A stretch of DNA of 64,000 nucleotides, taken from NCBI GenBank assembly GCA_025453445.1, contig JALOQJ010000006.1:2308-66307 (forward strand). Direction: 5' to 3'. A program made the position numbers and the translations under genes. Origin of the DNA: Candidatus Omnitrophota bacterium. Its GTDB lineage: Bacteria; Omnitrophota; Gorgyraeia; Gygaellales; Profunditerraquicolaceae. Under the pieces are notes generated by a model. The model was not told the DNA's origin, made no database searches, and saw only the letters and a list, made by a program, of their open reading frames with translations. Of this stretch, positions 34,539-44,537 are shown piece by piece (position 1 is the stretch's first letter; each line of letters begins with the position of its first letter).

Positions 34539-35834
34539 ATGGAAAAAATTAACCTGGGTTTAATTGGTTTTGGCAATGTAGGCTCCGGCGTGGTAAAAAT
34601 CTTGCGCGAAAGAAAAACCTTCTTAAGCAAAAAAATCGGGCTGGAGATAGAAATTAAAAAAATCTGCGATAAAGACCGTTCCTCCAAACGCTGCATCACA
34701 GTTGATAAAAACCTCTTTACTTCCGAAGCAAGCGAAATTATCAATGATCCAAAAATTGACATAGTCGTAGAGTTAATTGGCGGCATACACCCTGCGAAAG
34801 AATTTATTAGCGACGCTTTAAAGAAAGGCAAGAATGTGGTTACCGCCAATAAAGCCCTGCTTGCCGAACATGGCCGGGAATTATTCGCACTTGCTATGGA
34901 CCGCGGAAAAAATATTTATTTTGAAGCTTCTGTGGGTGCTGGCATTCCGATTATTAAATCCCTGCGCGAAGGCTTAGTTGCCAATAAATTCAGCAGTATT
35001 TTTGGCATTGTTAACGGCACTTCTAATTATGTGCTAACTCAAATGTCCTGTAATAATTCTTCTTTTAATGATGCGCTTCAGGATGCAAAAAAGAAAGGAT
35101 TTGCTGAAAAAGACCCGACTTTGGATATCGAAGGCACGGATTCAGCGCATAAATTAATCCTTTTGGCTTACCTTTGTTTCGGAAAGCTGGTCAGCTTAAA
35201 CGATATTTTTGTGGAAGGAATCTCGCGCGTTTCTCTGGCAGATATTAATTACGCCAAAGAACTCGGATTCCAGGTAAAACTTTTGGCAATAGCTAAAAAA
35301 GAATCCGGAGAACTTGAATTAAGAGTTCATCCGACTTTTATACCTGAAGGCCATCTTTTATCGTCTGTCGACGGGATATTTAACGCGATATACGTCTCAA
35401 GTGATCTGGCCGGGAACCTCTTATTTTACGGCCCGGGCGCAGGACAGTTAAGCGCGGCTTCTGCGGTAGTTTCTGACATTGTTGACTTGGCGCATGACAT
35501 CAAAGCAGGGCTTTTCCGTCCCACTCTAAATATCGTTCCTGATGAGGGAGTTAAAAAATTACGCAAATTTGATGAAATCGAAAGCCGCTATTATATCCGT
35601 TTCAATGCCCTGGATAAACCGGGGGTCTTGGCAAAAATTTCCGGCATATTGGCAAAATCCGGCATTAGTATTGCCTCAGTGACCCAAAAAGAAAGGCGCC
35701 GCGCCAGCATCGTGCCGATTGTAATGATCATACATGAAGCTAAGGAAAAAAACCTGCGCGCTGCATTGAATGTTATTGATCGCTTAAACGTAATCAAGGA
35801 AAAATCAGTTGCAATAAGGATAGAGGAAGCATGA
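34539..35834 (+). CDS. hom: homoserine dehydrogenase (with C-terminal ACT domain)
   Basis: INLGLIGFGNVGSG NAD-binding N-terminus; catalytic and ACT regions; 431 aa. Confidence 0.9.
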   Translation: MEKINLGLIGFGNVGSGVVKILRERKTFLSKKIGLEIEIKKICDKDRSSKRCITVDKNLFTSEASEIINDPKIDIVVELIGGIHPAKEFISDALKKGKNVVTANKALLAEHGRELFALAMDRGKNIYFEASVGAGIPIIKSLREGLVANKFSSIFGIVNGTSNYVLTQMSCNNSSFNDALQDAKKKGFAEKDPTLDIEGTDSAHKLILLAYLCFGKLVSLNDIFVEGISRVSLADINYAKELGFQVKLLAIAKKESGELELRVHPTFIPEGHLLSSVDGIFNAIYVSSDLAGNLLFYGPGAGQLSAASAVVSDIVDLAHDIKAGLFRPTLNIVPDEGVKKLRKFDEIESRYYIRFNALDKPGVLAKISGILAKSGISIASVTQKERRRASIVPIVMIIHEAKEKNLRAALNVIDRLNVIKEKSVAIRIEEA

Positions 35835-36898
35835 AAAAAAACCATAGTTATTGCGGCATAATCGAGAAATACAGAGAGTATTTACCGGTAACAAAGAAAA
35901 CTCCTGTTATTACTCTCAATGAAGGTAATACGCCTTTAATTTATGCGCCTGCACTAAGCAAGCTCGTTGGTAAGGGTGCTGAGGTTTACCTTAAATACGA
36001 AGGGCTGAACCCCACGGGTTCCTTTAAAGACAGAGGCATGACTATGGCAATCTCCAAGGCCTGCGAAGAAGGCGCAAAAGCAGTAATGTGCGCTTCAACC
36101 GGAAATACTTCAGCTTCAGCAGCAGCATACGCAGCAAAAGCAAAGCTGAAATGCATTGTGTTGATTCCCAGCGGCGCAATTGCCTTAGGAAAACTCAGTC
36201 AGGCATTGATTCATGGAGCAAAAGTACTGGCTATTGATGGAAATTTTGATAAGGCGCTGGAATTAGCCCGGGAAATTACCAGGAGGTATTCGATTACGCT
36301 GGTTAATTCCTTAAATCCCTTCCGCATTGAAGGCCAAAAAACCGCCAGTTTTGAAATTTGCGATTACCTAGGAACTGCCCCAGATTTTCAGGTAATGCCA
36401 GTTGGTAATGCCGGAAATATCACGGCTTACTGGAAAGGTTACAAAGAATATAAATCAATCGGCAGAATTAGTGCTTTGCCAAAAATGCTGGGATTCCAGG
36501 CAGAAGGAGCTGCGCCAATCGTAAAGGGCCATCCGATCAAAGATCCACACACTATTGCTACAGCAATTAAAATCGGCAATCCGGCAAGCTGGACGCAGGC
36601 AGAAGCAGCGCGCGATGAATCCAACGGCTTAATTGACATGGTTTCTGATAAACAGATTCTCGATGCTTATAAATTATTAGCTCAAATTGAAGGTGTATTT
36701 GTTGAACCGGCATCCGCAGCATCTGTTGCCGGGCTTTTAAAACTAAGTAAAAAGGGTTATTTCAAGGCAAAGGCTAAAATTACCTGCATATTAACCGGCC
36801 ATGGCCTTAAAGATCCTGACAGGGCAATTGCTAGTATAAATAAGCCAAAAATTATAAAACCAGATTTAAAAACAATTTTAAAAGAAATTGGCTATTAA
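35831..36898 (+). CDS. thrC: threonine synthase
   Basis: PLP Lys motif PTGSFKDRG; 355 aa; follows hom. Confidence 0.9.
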   Translation: MKKNHSYCGIIEKYREYLPVTKKTPVITLNEGNTPLIYAPALSKLVGKGAEVYLKYEGLNPTGSFKDRGMTMAISKACEEGAKAVMCASTGNTSASAAAYAAKAKLKCIVLIPSGAIALGKLSQALIHGAKVLAIDGNFDKALELAREITRRYSITLVNSLNPFRIEGQKTASFEICDYLGTAPDFQVMPVGNAGNITAYWKGYKEYKSIGRISALPKMLGFQAEGAAPIVKGHPIKDPHTIATAIKIGNPASWTQAEAARDESNGLIDMVSDKQILDAYKLLAQIEGVFVEPASAASVAGLLKLSKKGYFKAKAKITCILTGHGLKDPDRAIASINKPKIIKPDLKTILKEIGY

Positions 36899-37514
36899 AA
36901 ATAAATCTGTGCTGATAACTTCCGGCCCAACATGGGTAGCGATAGATAGTGTCAGGGTTATCAGTAATATTGCTACAGGAGAAACCGGGTTATTATTGGC
37001 GGAACGGCTGGCTAAACTCGGCGCTAAAGTAACTTTAATCTTAGGCCCGGTAGAGGCATGTTGTTTAAATAAAAAAATCAGGGTATTGCGCTTTAGGTTC
37101 TTTAATGAACTAAAAAATATAATTTTTGCTGAATTAAAATCGAAAAAATACGATATTTTGATACATGCGGCTGCGGTTTCCGATTTCCGGCCGAAATTAA
37201 CTTATAAACAAAAAATAGATTCCCATAAAAGAGAATTACGGCTGAATTTAGTACCTACGCCGAAAATTATCAGTTTTATTAAGAAATTACGCAAGAACAT
37301 ATTTCTGGTGGGTTTTAAATTTATCCCTCAAGCTAAACGTTCTGTGTTAATTAAGGCATCTAATAAATTATTGCAGGAATCTGGCGCGGATTTAGTGGTT
37401 GCCAATACTATTGATAAAGCGAGATATAGTGCTTATCTGATAGAAAAAAATAGTACAGACGGCCCATTGGCTTCTAAAAAAATAATGGCTAAGCATTTGA
37501 TTAAAAGGTTTTAA
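36888..37514 (+). CDS. coaB: phosphopantothenate--cysteine ligase domain protein (stand-alone CoaB/DFP C-terminal type)
   Basis: VLITSGPTWVAIDSVRVISNIATGETG motif of CoaB; only 208 aa, no CoaC flavoprotein half. Confidence 0.7.
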   Translation: MAIKNKSVLITSGPTWVAIDSVRVISNIATGETGLLLAERLAKLGAKVTLILGPVEACCLNKKIRVLRFRFFNELKNIIFAELKSKKYDILIHAAAVSDFRPKLTYKQKIDSHKRELRLNLVPTPKIISFIKKLRKNIFLVGFKFIPQAKRSVLIKASNKLLQESGADLVVANTIDKARYSAYLIEKNSTDGPLASKKIMAKHLIKRF

Positions 37515-38377
37515 TGCGCAAATTCCTGCTGATTCCGCTGTTTTTTGTTTTGGCGAATTTTATCTATGCCGAAGATTCGCCTAAGCCAACTGCCTGGGTG
37601 AATGATTATGCGCAAGTTATCTCCAGCGAGTACAGGGAAAAAATAAATTCCTTGATTCAAGAATTAGAGCGAAAAACCTCGGCGGAAGTTTTCGTAGTTA
37701 CTAAAGAATCAATTGCTCCTTATGACGAAAAATCTTATGCGCGAATGCTCTTTGACAGCTGGAAACCGGGGAAGATCGGTAAAGATAATGGTGTGTTGAT
37801 ATTACTGGCAGTAAAAGAACGGCGCTGGCGCATTGAAACCGGCTATGGTGTTGAAGGAATTTTACCTGATTCTCTTTGCGGGCAAATCGGCCGTAATTAC
37901 ATTGTTCCTTATTTTAAAAACGGCCAATACTCAGAGGGCCTTTATTACGGGGTAGAGGCGATTGCAAAGGTTATTTCAGGTGAAAAACTTGCATTACCTA
38001 CAGGATCAAGAAACAAAGCTAAACCACCTGTAGCCTTTTTTGTTTTCTTCGGATTTTTCTTTTTCTTATTGTGGAATTTACCCTGGCCGATTTTTATCGG
38101 CCTGCCTTTTACTGCGATTTTCACTACTGCCTTTTGGCAACTTTCACCTGTTGCAGGAATATCTGTAATTTGCGGATACATTGCTTCTATGGCAATCAGG
38201 TATATGTATTGGTCGAAACTTCCGCCTGAAAAACGCAAAAACTTTTTCAGCGTTCAAACATACGGTGGCAGGTTTTCTTCCGGAGGATTTGGGGGTAGCT
38301 CTGGAGGCGGAGGAGGCGGATTTTCAGGAGGAGGCGGAGGAGGCGGCGGTGGCGGAGGTTCAGGAGGCGGATTTTAA
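37514..38377 (+). CDS. TPM-domain (YgcG-like) membrane protein with Gly-rich C-terminal tail
   Basis: Signal/TM, TPM phosphatase-like domain, TM helices, C-terminal GGGGS-type low complexity. Confidence 0.8.
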   Translation: MRKFLLIPLFFVLANFIYAEDSPKPTAWVNDYAQVISSEYREKINSLIQELERKTSAEVFVVTKESIAPYDEKSYARMLFDSWKPGKIGKDNGVLILLAVKERRWRIETGYGVEGILPDSLCGQIGRNYIVPYFKNGQYSEGLYYGVEAIAKVISGEKLALPTGSRNKAKPPVAFFVFFGFFFFLLWNLPWPIFIGLPFTAIFTTAFWQLSPVAGISVICGYIASMAIRYMYWSKLPPEKRKNFFSVQTYGGRFSSGGFGGSSGGGGGGFSGGGGGGGGGGGSGGGF

Positions 38378-38388
38378 AGGAGGAAAGA

Positions 38389-38955
38389 ATGTATAAAACT
38401 ATGGTTACACTGGGTATTATTGTCGGAATTATTATTTTAGGGCTAGTAACCGTAATTTCTGTTTATAACGGAATCGTTTCTAAACATGAAACTATTGCTG
38501 CGAAATGGGCACAAGTGGACAATCAACTACAGAGACGTAATGACCTTATTCCAAATTTGGTAAATACTGTTAAGGGGTATGCTGCGCATGAAAAAACAGT
38601 TTTTGAAAATATTACCAATGCCCGCTCACAATGGGCAAAAGCAAATACAATAGAAGAAAAGGTTCAGGCTGCCAAAGCAACTGATGCTGCATTGGCAAGA
38701 TTACTATTAGTTGTAGAAAACTACCCTGATTTAAAAGCCAGCACTAATTTTCTTGCTCTGCAGGATGAATTGGCCGGCACTGAAAACCGCATAGCAGTTG
38801 AACGTATGCGTTATAACGAAGCAGTCAAAGATTATAACATCAGCGTGCGCACATTCCCGGGAAATATTATTGCTGGTTCCTGCGGTTATAAAGTAGCTAC
38901 AGAATACTTTAAATCTGAAGAAAAAGCAAAAACAGTTCCTGAGGTAAAATTTTAA
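38389..38955 (+). CDS. lemA: LemA family protein
   Basis: N-terminal TM and conserved LemA region (VYNGIVSKHETIAAKWAQVDNQLQRRNDLIPNLV); 188 aa. Confidence 0.85.
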   Translation: MYKTMVTLGIIVGIIILGLVTVISVYNGIVSKHETIAAKWAQVDNQLQRRNDLIPNLVNTVKGYAAHEKTVFENITNARSQWAKANTIEEKVQAAKATDAALARLLLVVENYPDLKASTNFLALQDELAGTENRIAVERMRYNEAVKDYNISVRTFPGNIIAGSCGYKVATEYFKSEEKAKTVPEVKF

Positions 38956-40151
38956 TGAAGTATATCGTTATAGTTCCGGATGGAATGGCGGATTACCCGA
39001 TTAAAGAATTAGGCGAACGCACAGCCATTGAGGCTGCGCGCACGCCGAATATGGATTTAATTGCCAGAGAAGGCATTTTAGGACGGGTAAAAACCATTCC
39101 AGAAAAAATGAGCCCTGCTTCTGACGTAGCAAATATTTCTATTTTAGGCTATGACCCGGGACAATATTATACCGGCAGGGGACCTTTAGAAGCAGCGAAC
39201 CTAGGAGTAGAACTGGAAGAGGGAGATGTCGCCTTCAGATGCAACCTGATTACTGCTTCTAACGATACGCTTGTGGATTATAGCGCAGGACATATTAAAT
39301 CCGAAGAAGCCGCGATAATCATCAATTATATCGACAAATGCCTTGGTACCAACCGGATTAAATTTTATCCCGGAGTCAGCTATCGGCATTTAATGTTGGT
39401 AAAAAGAGGTGCGGAGCAGCATCTGGAAAATTTAAAATGCCGTCCACCGCATGATATTACAGGCCAGAGTATTTCAAAAAATTTACCAAAAGGCGATAAC
39501 GCTGATTTTTTGATTAATTTAATGCAGGAATCGCGCAAAATTCTGGAAAACCATGAGATAAATTTAGTGCGTGTTGATCTTAAAGAAAACCCGGCAAATA
39601 TGATTTGGCTCTGGGGACAGGGAGAGAAACCAGCCTTTGCGCCATTTAAAGAAAAATTCGGTTTAACCGGCAGTGTAATTTCTGCGGTTGACCTGATTAA
39701 AGGATTAGGCAGGCTTCTCGGCCTTGAAGTAATCAATGTAGAAGGCGCTACCGGATATTACGATACTGACTACGGAGGTAAAGCAAGGGCTGCTTTAAAA
39801 TCGCTTGAGAAAAACGATTTTGTTTTTGTGCATATTGAAGCGCCTGATGAAGCAGGGCATAACGGCGATTTGCGGGAAAAAATTACTGCTATTGAACGCT
39901 GCGATACATTAGTCTTGGGCACAATACTAGAAACGCTTAAAGGTAAAGATGATTTTCGTATTCTGATTTTACCTGATCATGCGACACCGGTAGCGCTCAA
40001 AACGCATGTTGCTGATCCGGTATTTTTTGGCATGTATGGCAGCGGAATTTCAAAAGGCGGATTTTTAAATTTCAGCGAAAAAGAAGCACTTAAATCCGAG
40101 CTTAATTTTGAAAAAGGCCATGAATTAATGGGGTATTTTCTTAAAAAATGA
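38955..40151 (+). CDS. apgM: 2,3-bisphosphoglycerate-independent phosphoglycerate mutase, archaeal-type (ApgM family)
   Basis: MKYIVIVPDGMADYP N-terminus and metal-binding motifs of the ApgM family; 398 aa. Confidence 0.8.
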   Translation: MKYIVIVPDGMADYPIKELGERTAIEAARTPNMDLIAREGILGRVKTIPEKMSPASDVANISILGYDPGQYYTGRGPLEAANLGVELEEGDVAFRCNLITASNDTLVDYSAGHIKSEEAAIIINYIDKCLGTNRIKFYPGVSYRHLMLVKRGAEQHLENLKCRPPHDITGQSISKNLPKGDNADFLINLMQESRKILENHEINLVRVDLKENPANMIWLWGQGEKPAFAPFKEKFGLTGSVISAVDLIKGLGRLLGLEVINVEGATGYYDTDYGGKARAALKSLEKNDFVFVHIEAPDEAGHNGDLREKITAIERCDTLVLGTILETLKGKDDFRILILPDHATPVALKTHVADPVFFGMYGSGISKGGFLNFSEKEALKSELNFEKGHELMGYFLKK

Positions 40152-41737
40152 ACTCCCTAGTTATTGCCGGCATTGCTTTCATAACACTTTTTTTAGCCTA
40201 TAGATTTTACGGCAGGAAACTAACTAACCTTTGGAATATTGACTCCAAGCGTTCTACTCCGGCATTTTCTAAATACGATAGCGTTGATTATATCCCGGCA
40301 AAAAATTGGCTGGTGCTTTTTGGGCATCATTTTTCTTCGATTGCCGGAGCAGGCCCGATAATCGGGCCTGTAATTGCAGTAATGCTGTGGGGGTGGCTGC
40401 CGGCCTTATTATGGGTAATTTTAGGCACTATTTTTATCGGTAGCGTACATGACTTCGGTTCTTTAGTTACATCTATCAGAGAAGGTGGTTCATCAGTTGC
40501 TGATATTGCCCAACATGTAATTTCCCGTCGGGCAAAATTATTGTTTTCCTTCTTTGTCTGGCTGGCATTAATTCTGGTAATTGCGGTATTTGCCTGGCTG
40601 TGCGCAGATACATTTGTTAAAGAACCAAAAATCGTCTTACCATCTCTTGGCTTGATACCAGTAGCAATGCTTATTGGATATTTATTATATCATCTACGCG
40701 TTAATACAGTGTTGGCAACTATTTTAGGGCTTTCGGCTTTAGTAGGATTAATTTTCTTAGGTAATATTATTGCAATCCATAGCACGGTTACCGTCTGGGT
40801 TATAGTTTTGATGATTTATTGTTTTTTTGCTTCGATCTTACCGGTAGATATACTTTTGCAGCCCCGGGATTATTTATCCAGTTTTTTATTATTTTTCGGA
40901 ATGGGCGCAGGTTATCTAGGCCTAGCATTATCCCGGCCCAAACTTACCATGCCGCATTATATTAGTTTTAGCTCAAGCGAAGGGTATCTTTGGCCGGCAT
41001 TATTTATTACTGTTGCTTGTGGCGCGGTTTCCGGATTTCACGCCCTGATTGCTAGCGGTACAACTTCAAAACAAATTGCTAATGAACGCTATGCCAAACG
41101 TATCGGTTTTGGCGGAATGATTACTGAAGCATTAGTTGCGGTATTGGCAATCATCGCCGCGGCAATCCTCTTTATGCCCGGAGATAACTTTAATCTGGCG
41201 CTAAAAAATTCCGGGCCGATCGGAATATTTGGAAAAGGTTATGGCTTAATGACCTTGGGCGTACTGGGAGAACACGGACAGCTGATCGCAATAACTATAT
41301 TAAATGCTTTTATTCTCACCACACTTGATACAGCAACGAGAATTTCTCGCTATTTAAGCGAGGAAATCTTTAATATTAGAAACCGCTATATTTCCACTTT
41401 TATTATCATTCTTTTAAGCGCAACTTTGGCATTAAGCGGTAAATGGCAGAAAATCTGGCCGGCATTCGGCGCCTCAAACCAATTGGTTGCAGCATTAGCG
41501 TTGTTTGTTTTAAGCTGTTGGCTTTTGAGTAAAAATAAACCGGCGCAACTTACTTTAATACCGGCTTTTTTTATGTTAATTACTACCGTCATTGCGCTGA
41601 TATTGCAAATGAAAAAGTATGCCAGACAGGGAGAATCACTGCTTTTTTTTGTAAGCTTAATTTTAATTATTTTAGCGGGTTTCATGACTTATGAAGTTAT
41701 CAAAAAAATCTACTTCGGGAGAAAAAAACATGCATAA
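40148..41737 (+). CDS. cstA: carbon starvation protein A family transporter
   Basis: FGHHFSSIAGAGPIIGPV motif; ~16 TM; 529 aa. Confidence 0.85.
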   Translation: MNSLVIAGIAFITLFLAYRFYGRKLTNLWNIDSKRSTPAFSKYDSVDYIPAKNWLVLFGHHFSSIAGAGPIIGPVIAVMLWGWLPALLWVILGTIFIGSVHDFGSLVTSIREGGSSVADIAQHVISRRAKLLFSFFVWLALILVIAVFAWLCADTFVKEPKIVLPSLGLIPVAMLIGYLLYHLRVNTVLATILGLSALVGLIFLGNIIAIHSTVTVWVIVLMIYCFFASILPVDILLQPRDYLSSFLLFFGMGAGYLGLALSRPKLTMPHYISFSSSEGYLWPALFITVACGAVSGFHALIASGTTSKQIANERYAKRIGFGGMITEALVAVLAIIAAAILFMPGDNFNLALKNSGPIGIFGKGYGLMTLGVLGEHGQLIAITILNAFILTTLDTATRISRYLSEEIFNIRNRYISTFIIILLSATLALSGKWQKIWPAFGASNQLVAALALFVLSCWLLSKNKPAQLTLIPAFFMLITTVIALILQMKKYARQGESLLFFVSLILIILAGFMTYEVIKKIYFGRKKHA

Positions 41738-42950
41738 GAAACTGATCGTCCAGAAATTCGGAGGCTCATCAGTTGCCAATGTGGAACGTATCCAAAATGT
41801 AGCTAAAAGAGTCGTTAGCTACCGCAAACAAGGCTATAATTTAGTAGTAGTAGTATCTGCCCTGGGAGATACTACTGATGAACTGATTACACTGGCAAAT
41901 AAAATTAACGCTGACGCATCAGAACGTGAAATGGATATGCTTTTATCCACTGGTGAGCAGATTTCCGTGGCGTTATTGGCTATGGCGATACATAAATTAG
42001 GCGAAGAAGCGATTTCATTTACCGGCGCACAGGTAGGCATTATTACCGATGACAGCCATACCCGGGCGCGGATCATTAAAATCAATGCCGATAAAATCAG
42101 AGAAGAGCTGAAAAAAGGAAAAATTATTATTGTTGCCGGTTTTCAGGGCGTTACCTTAACACAAGATATTACTACTCTTGGCAGGGGCGGTTCTGATCTG
42201 ACTGCCGTAGCATTAGCAAAAGAATTACATGCAGATGAATGCGAAATATATACTGATGTTGAAGGAATTTTTACTACAGACCCGCGGGTAGAACCAAAAG
42301 CAAGAAAAATCGACTGGATTACCTATGATGAAATGCTGGAGATGGCTTCTTTAGGAGCACAGGTAATGCAAGCGCGCTCTATAGAAGTAGCTAAAAAATT
42401 TAACGTGCCGATTCACGTTCGCTCGTCTTTTTCCGATAAGACCGGCACAATGATTGTTAAGGAGGTTAAGAGAATGGAAGAAGTTGTCGTTAACGCAATT
42501 ACTTTAAATCGCAACGAAGCAAAAATTACCATTTGCAATGTCCCGGACAAGCCGGGAGTAGCAGCAAAAATATTTAAAGACTTGGCAAGTGCAGGCGTGA
42601 ATGTTGATATGATCGTGCAAAATGTCAGCCATCTTCGCCAGACTGATATTTCTTTTACAATCAGCAAAGCAGAGGCATCAAAAGCAATTAAATTGACAAA
42701 GAAAGCTTCCAAGCAGATAGAAGCCGGAGAAGTATTGGAAGATGAGGATATTGCCCGCGTTTCCATTGTAGGCGTAGGAATGAAATCGCATTCGGGTGTA
42801 GCAGCGGGGATGTTTGATACTCTAGCTAAAAATAAAATCAATATCGAAATGATTTCTACTTCTGATATCAGTATTTCCTGTATTATTAAAAATACACAAG
42901 CGGAAGCCGCTGTCCGGTCGCTGCATGAAAGATTCGGGCTGGCCAAGTAG
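41730..42950 (+). CDS. lysC: aspartate kinase (with tandem ACT domains)
   Basis: LIVQKFGGSSVAN N-terminus; ACT domains; start taken at internal MHKK (ORF extends to 41691). Confidence 0.9.
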   Translation: MHKKLIVQKFGGSSVANVERIQNVAKRVVSYRKQGYNLVVVVSALGDTTDELITLANKINADASEREMDMLLSTGEQISVALLAMAIHKLGEEAISFTGAQVGIITDDSHTRARIIKINADKIREELKKGKIIIVAGFQGVTLTQDITTLGRGGSDLTAVALAKELHADECEIYTDVEGIFTTDPRVEPKARKIDWITYDEMLEMASLGAQVMQARSIEVAKKFNVPIHVRSSFSDKTGTMIVKEVKRMEEVVVNAITLNRNEAKITICNVPDKPGVAAKIFKDLASAGVNVDMIVQNVSHLRQTDISFTISKAEASKAIKLTKKASKQIEAGEVLEDEDIARVSIVGVGMKSHSGVAAGMFDTLAKNKINIEMISTSDISISCIIKNTQAEAAVRSLHERFGLAK

Positions 42951-42965
42951 AACAGAGGTGACTAA

Positions 42966-44531
42966 ATGTTAAAAGTAAAAATATACGATACTACTTTACG
43001 CGATGGCGCACAGTCAGAAGGCATTTCATATTCTGTCACGGATAAAATCCGCGTTACCCAAGAGCTGGATAAGCTGGGCATACAATATATCGAAGGCGGC
43101 TGGCCAGGCTCTAACCCCAAAGATATGGAATTTTTCCGCAAAGCTGCCAAACTGCGCCTAAGAAATAGCGTACTAGCAGCTTTCAGCATGACTCGGCGCA
43201 GTGGCATTTCCGCAGCAGAAGATAGCAATATTAAAGCCCTGGTAAAATCCGGAGCCAAAATTATTACTATCGTAGGAAAAACATGGGGATTGCACATAGA
43301 AGATGTTTTAAAAATCAGCCTTGATGAAAACCTGAAGATGATAAAAGATACAATTCAGTATTTAAAATCCAAAGGTATAATTGTTTTCTATGACGCGGAA
43401 CATTTCTTTGATGCTTACAAAGCAGATAAAGAATACAGCCTGAAGTGCCTGCTCACAGCAGAAGAAGCAGGCGCAGAAGCAATTTGCCTTTGCGACACTA
43501 ATGGCGGAACACTGACTTCAGAAATTACTAAAATTATCACAGCAATCAAGCCTAAAATTAAGGTATGTTTGGGTATTCATTGCCACAATGACTGTGGGCT
43601 TGCAATAGCCAACTCAATCGCCGCAGTTGAAGCCGGATGCACAATGGTACAAGGCACAATTAATGGTTATGGCGAACGCTGTGGAAATGCAGATTTAATC
43701 CCGATTATCGCTAACCTGCAATTAAAACTTAACATTAACTGCATCCGCGATGAGAATTTAAAAGAACTGGCCCACGTATCGCATTTTATCAGTGAAATCA
43801 GCAATTTACGCGTGAAAAACGACCAACCATTTATTGGCGATTCGGCTTTTGCCCACAAAGGCGGAATGCACATTAACGCGGTGATGAAAAACCCGGCTAC
43901 TTATGAACATATCGAGCCTGACCTCGTGGGTAACCGCCGCCGGATTCTGGTTTCCGAATTGGGCGGGAAAACCGGAATTATGCTACGCGCCAAAGCAATG
44001 GACTTGGATTTAAGTAAAGAGGACCCTAAAACAAAAAAGATTTTAAAGCTATTGCAAGATTTAGAACATAGCGGCTACCATTTTGAAGCAGCAGAAGCTT
44101 CTTTTGAGCTCTTGGTAAAAAAGGCCTTAAAAAAATACGGCAAATTTTTTGAACTGGAAAGTTTCCGTGTAGTTGTAGAAAAACAATCAAATAAAAAAAT
44201 CACTTCTGAAGCAATTATGAAAGTGAGAGTAAAGGGCGTGCGTGAACACACTGCTGCCGAAGGCGACGGCCCGGTAAATGCCCTGGATAATGCCCTGCGT
44301 AAAGCCTTAAAAGATTTTTACCCGATGCTTTCAAAAATGCGCTTGTCGGATTTTAAGGTGCGTGTATTAGATGAAAAGGCCGGCACTGCTGCTAAGGTGC
44401 GCGTATTAATCCAGTCGCAGGACGAAATAGACACCTGGAATACTATTGGTGTCTCAGAAAATATTATCGAGGCCAGCTGGCAAGCGCTCGTAGACAGCGT
44501 AGAATATAAATTGCTTAAAGATAAGGCTTAA
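42966..44531 (+). CDS. cimA: citramalate synthase (LeuA/HMGL-like family, LeuA-dimer C-terminal domain)
   Basis: YDTTLRDGAQSEGISYS N-terminus; 521 aa; CimA vs LeuA assignment by size/sequence flavour only. Confidence 0.7.
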   Translation: MLKVKIYDTTLRDGAQSEGISYSVTDKIRVTQELDKLGIQYIEGGWPGSNPKDMEFFRKAAKLRLRNSVLAAFSMTRRSGISAAEDSNIKALVKSGAKIITIVGKTWGLHIEDVLKISLDENLKMIKDTIQYLKSKGIIVFYDAEHFFDAYKADKEYSLKCLLTAEEAGAEAICLCDTNGGTLTSEITKIITAIKPKIKVCLGIHCHNDCGLAIANSIAAVEAGCTMVQGTINGYGERCGNADLIPIIANLQLKLNINCIRDENLKELAHVSHFISEISNLRVKNDQPFIGDSAFAHKGGMHINAVMKNPATYEHIEPDLVGNRRRILVSELGGKTGIMLRAKAMDLDLSKEDPKTKKILKLLQDLEHSGYHFEAAEASFELLVKKALKKYGKFFELESFRVVVEKQSNKKITSEAIMKVRVKGVREHTAAEGDGPVNALDNALRKALKDFYPMLSKMRLSDFKVRVLDEKAGTAAKVRVLIQSQDEIDTWNTIGVSENIIEASWQALVDSVEYKLLKDKA

Positions 44532-44537
44532 AGTTCA

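Noticed and set aside
41691-41729. N-terminal 13-aa extension of lysC (MKLSKKSTSGEKN) in the ORF track
   Set aside because: The conserved aspartate kinase N-terminus begins at MHKKLIVQKFGG (41730), and the extension overlaps cstA, so the internal start is preferred.
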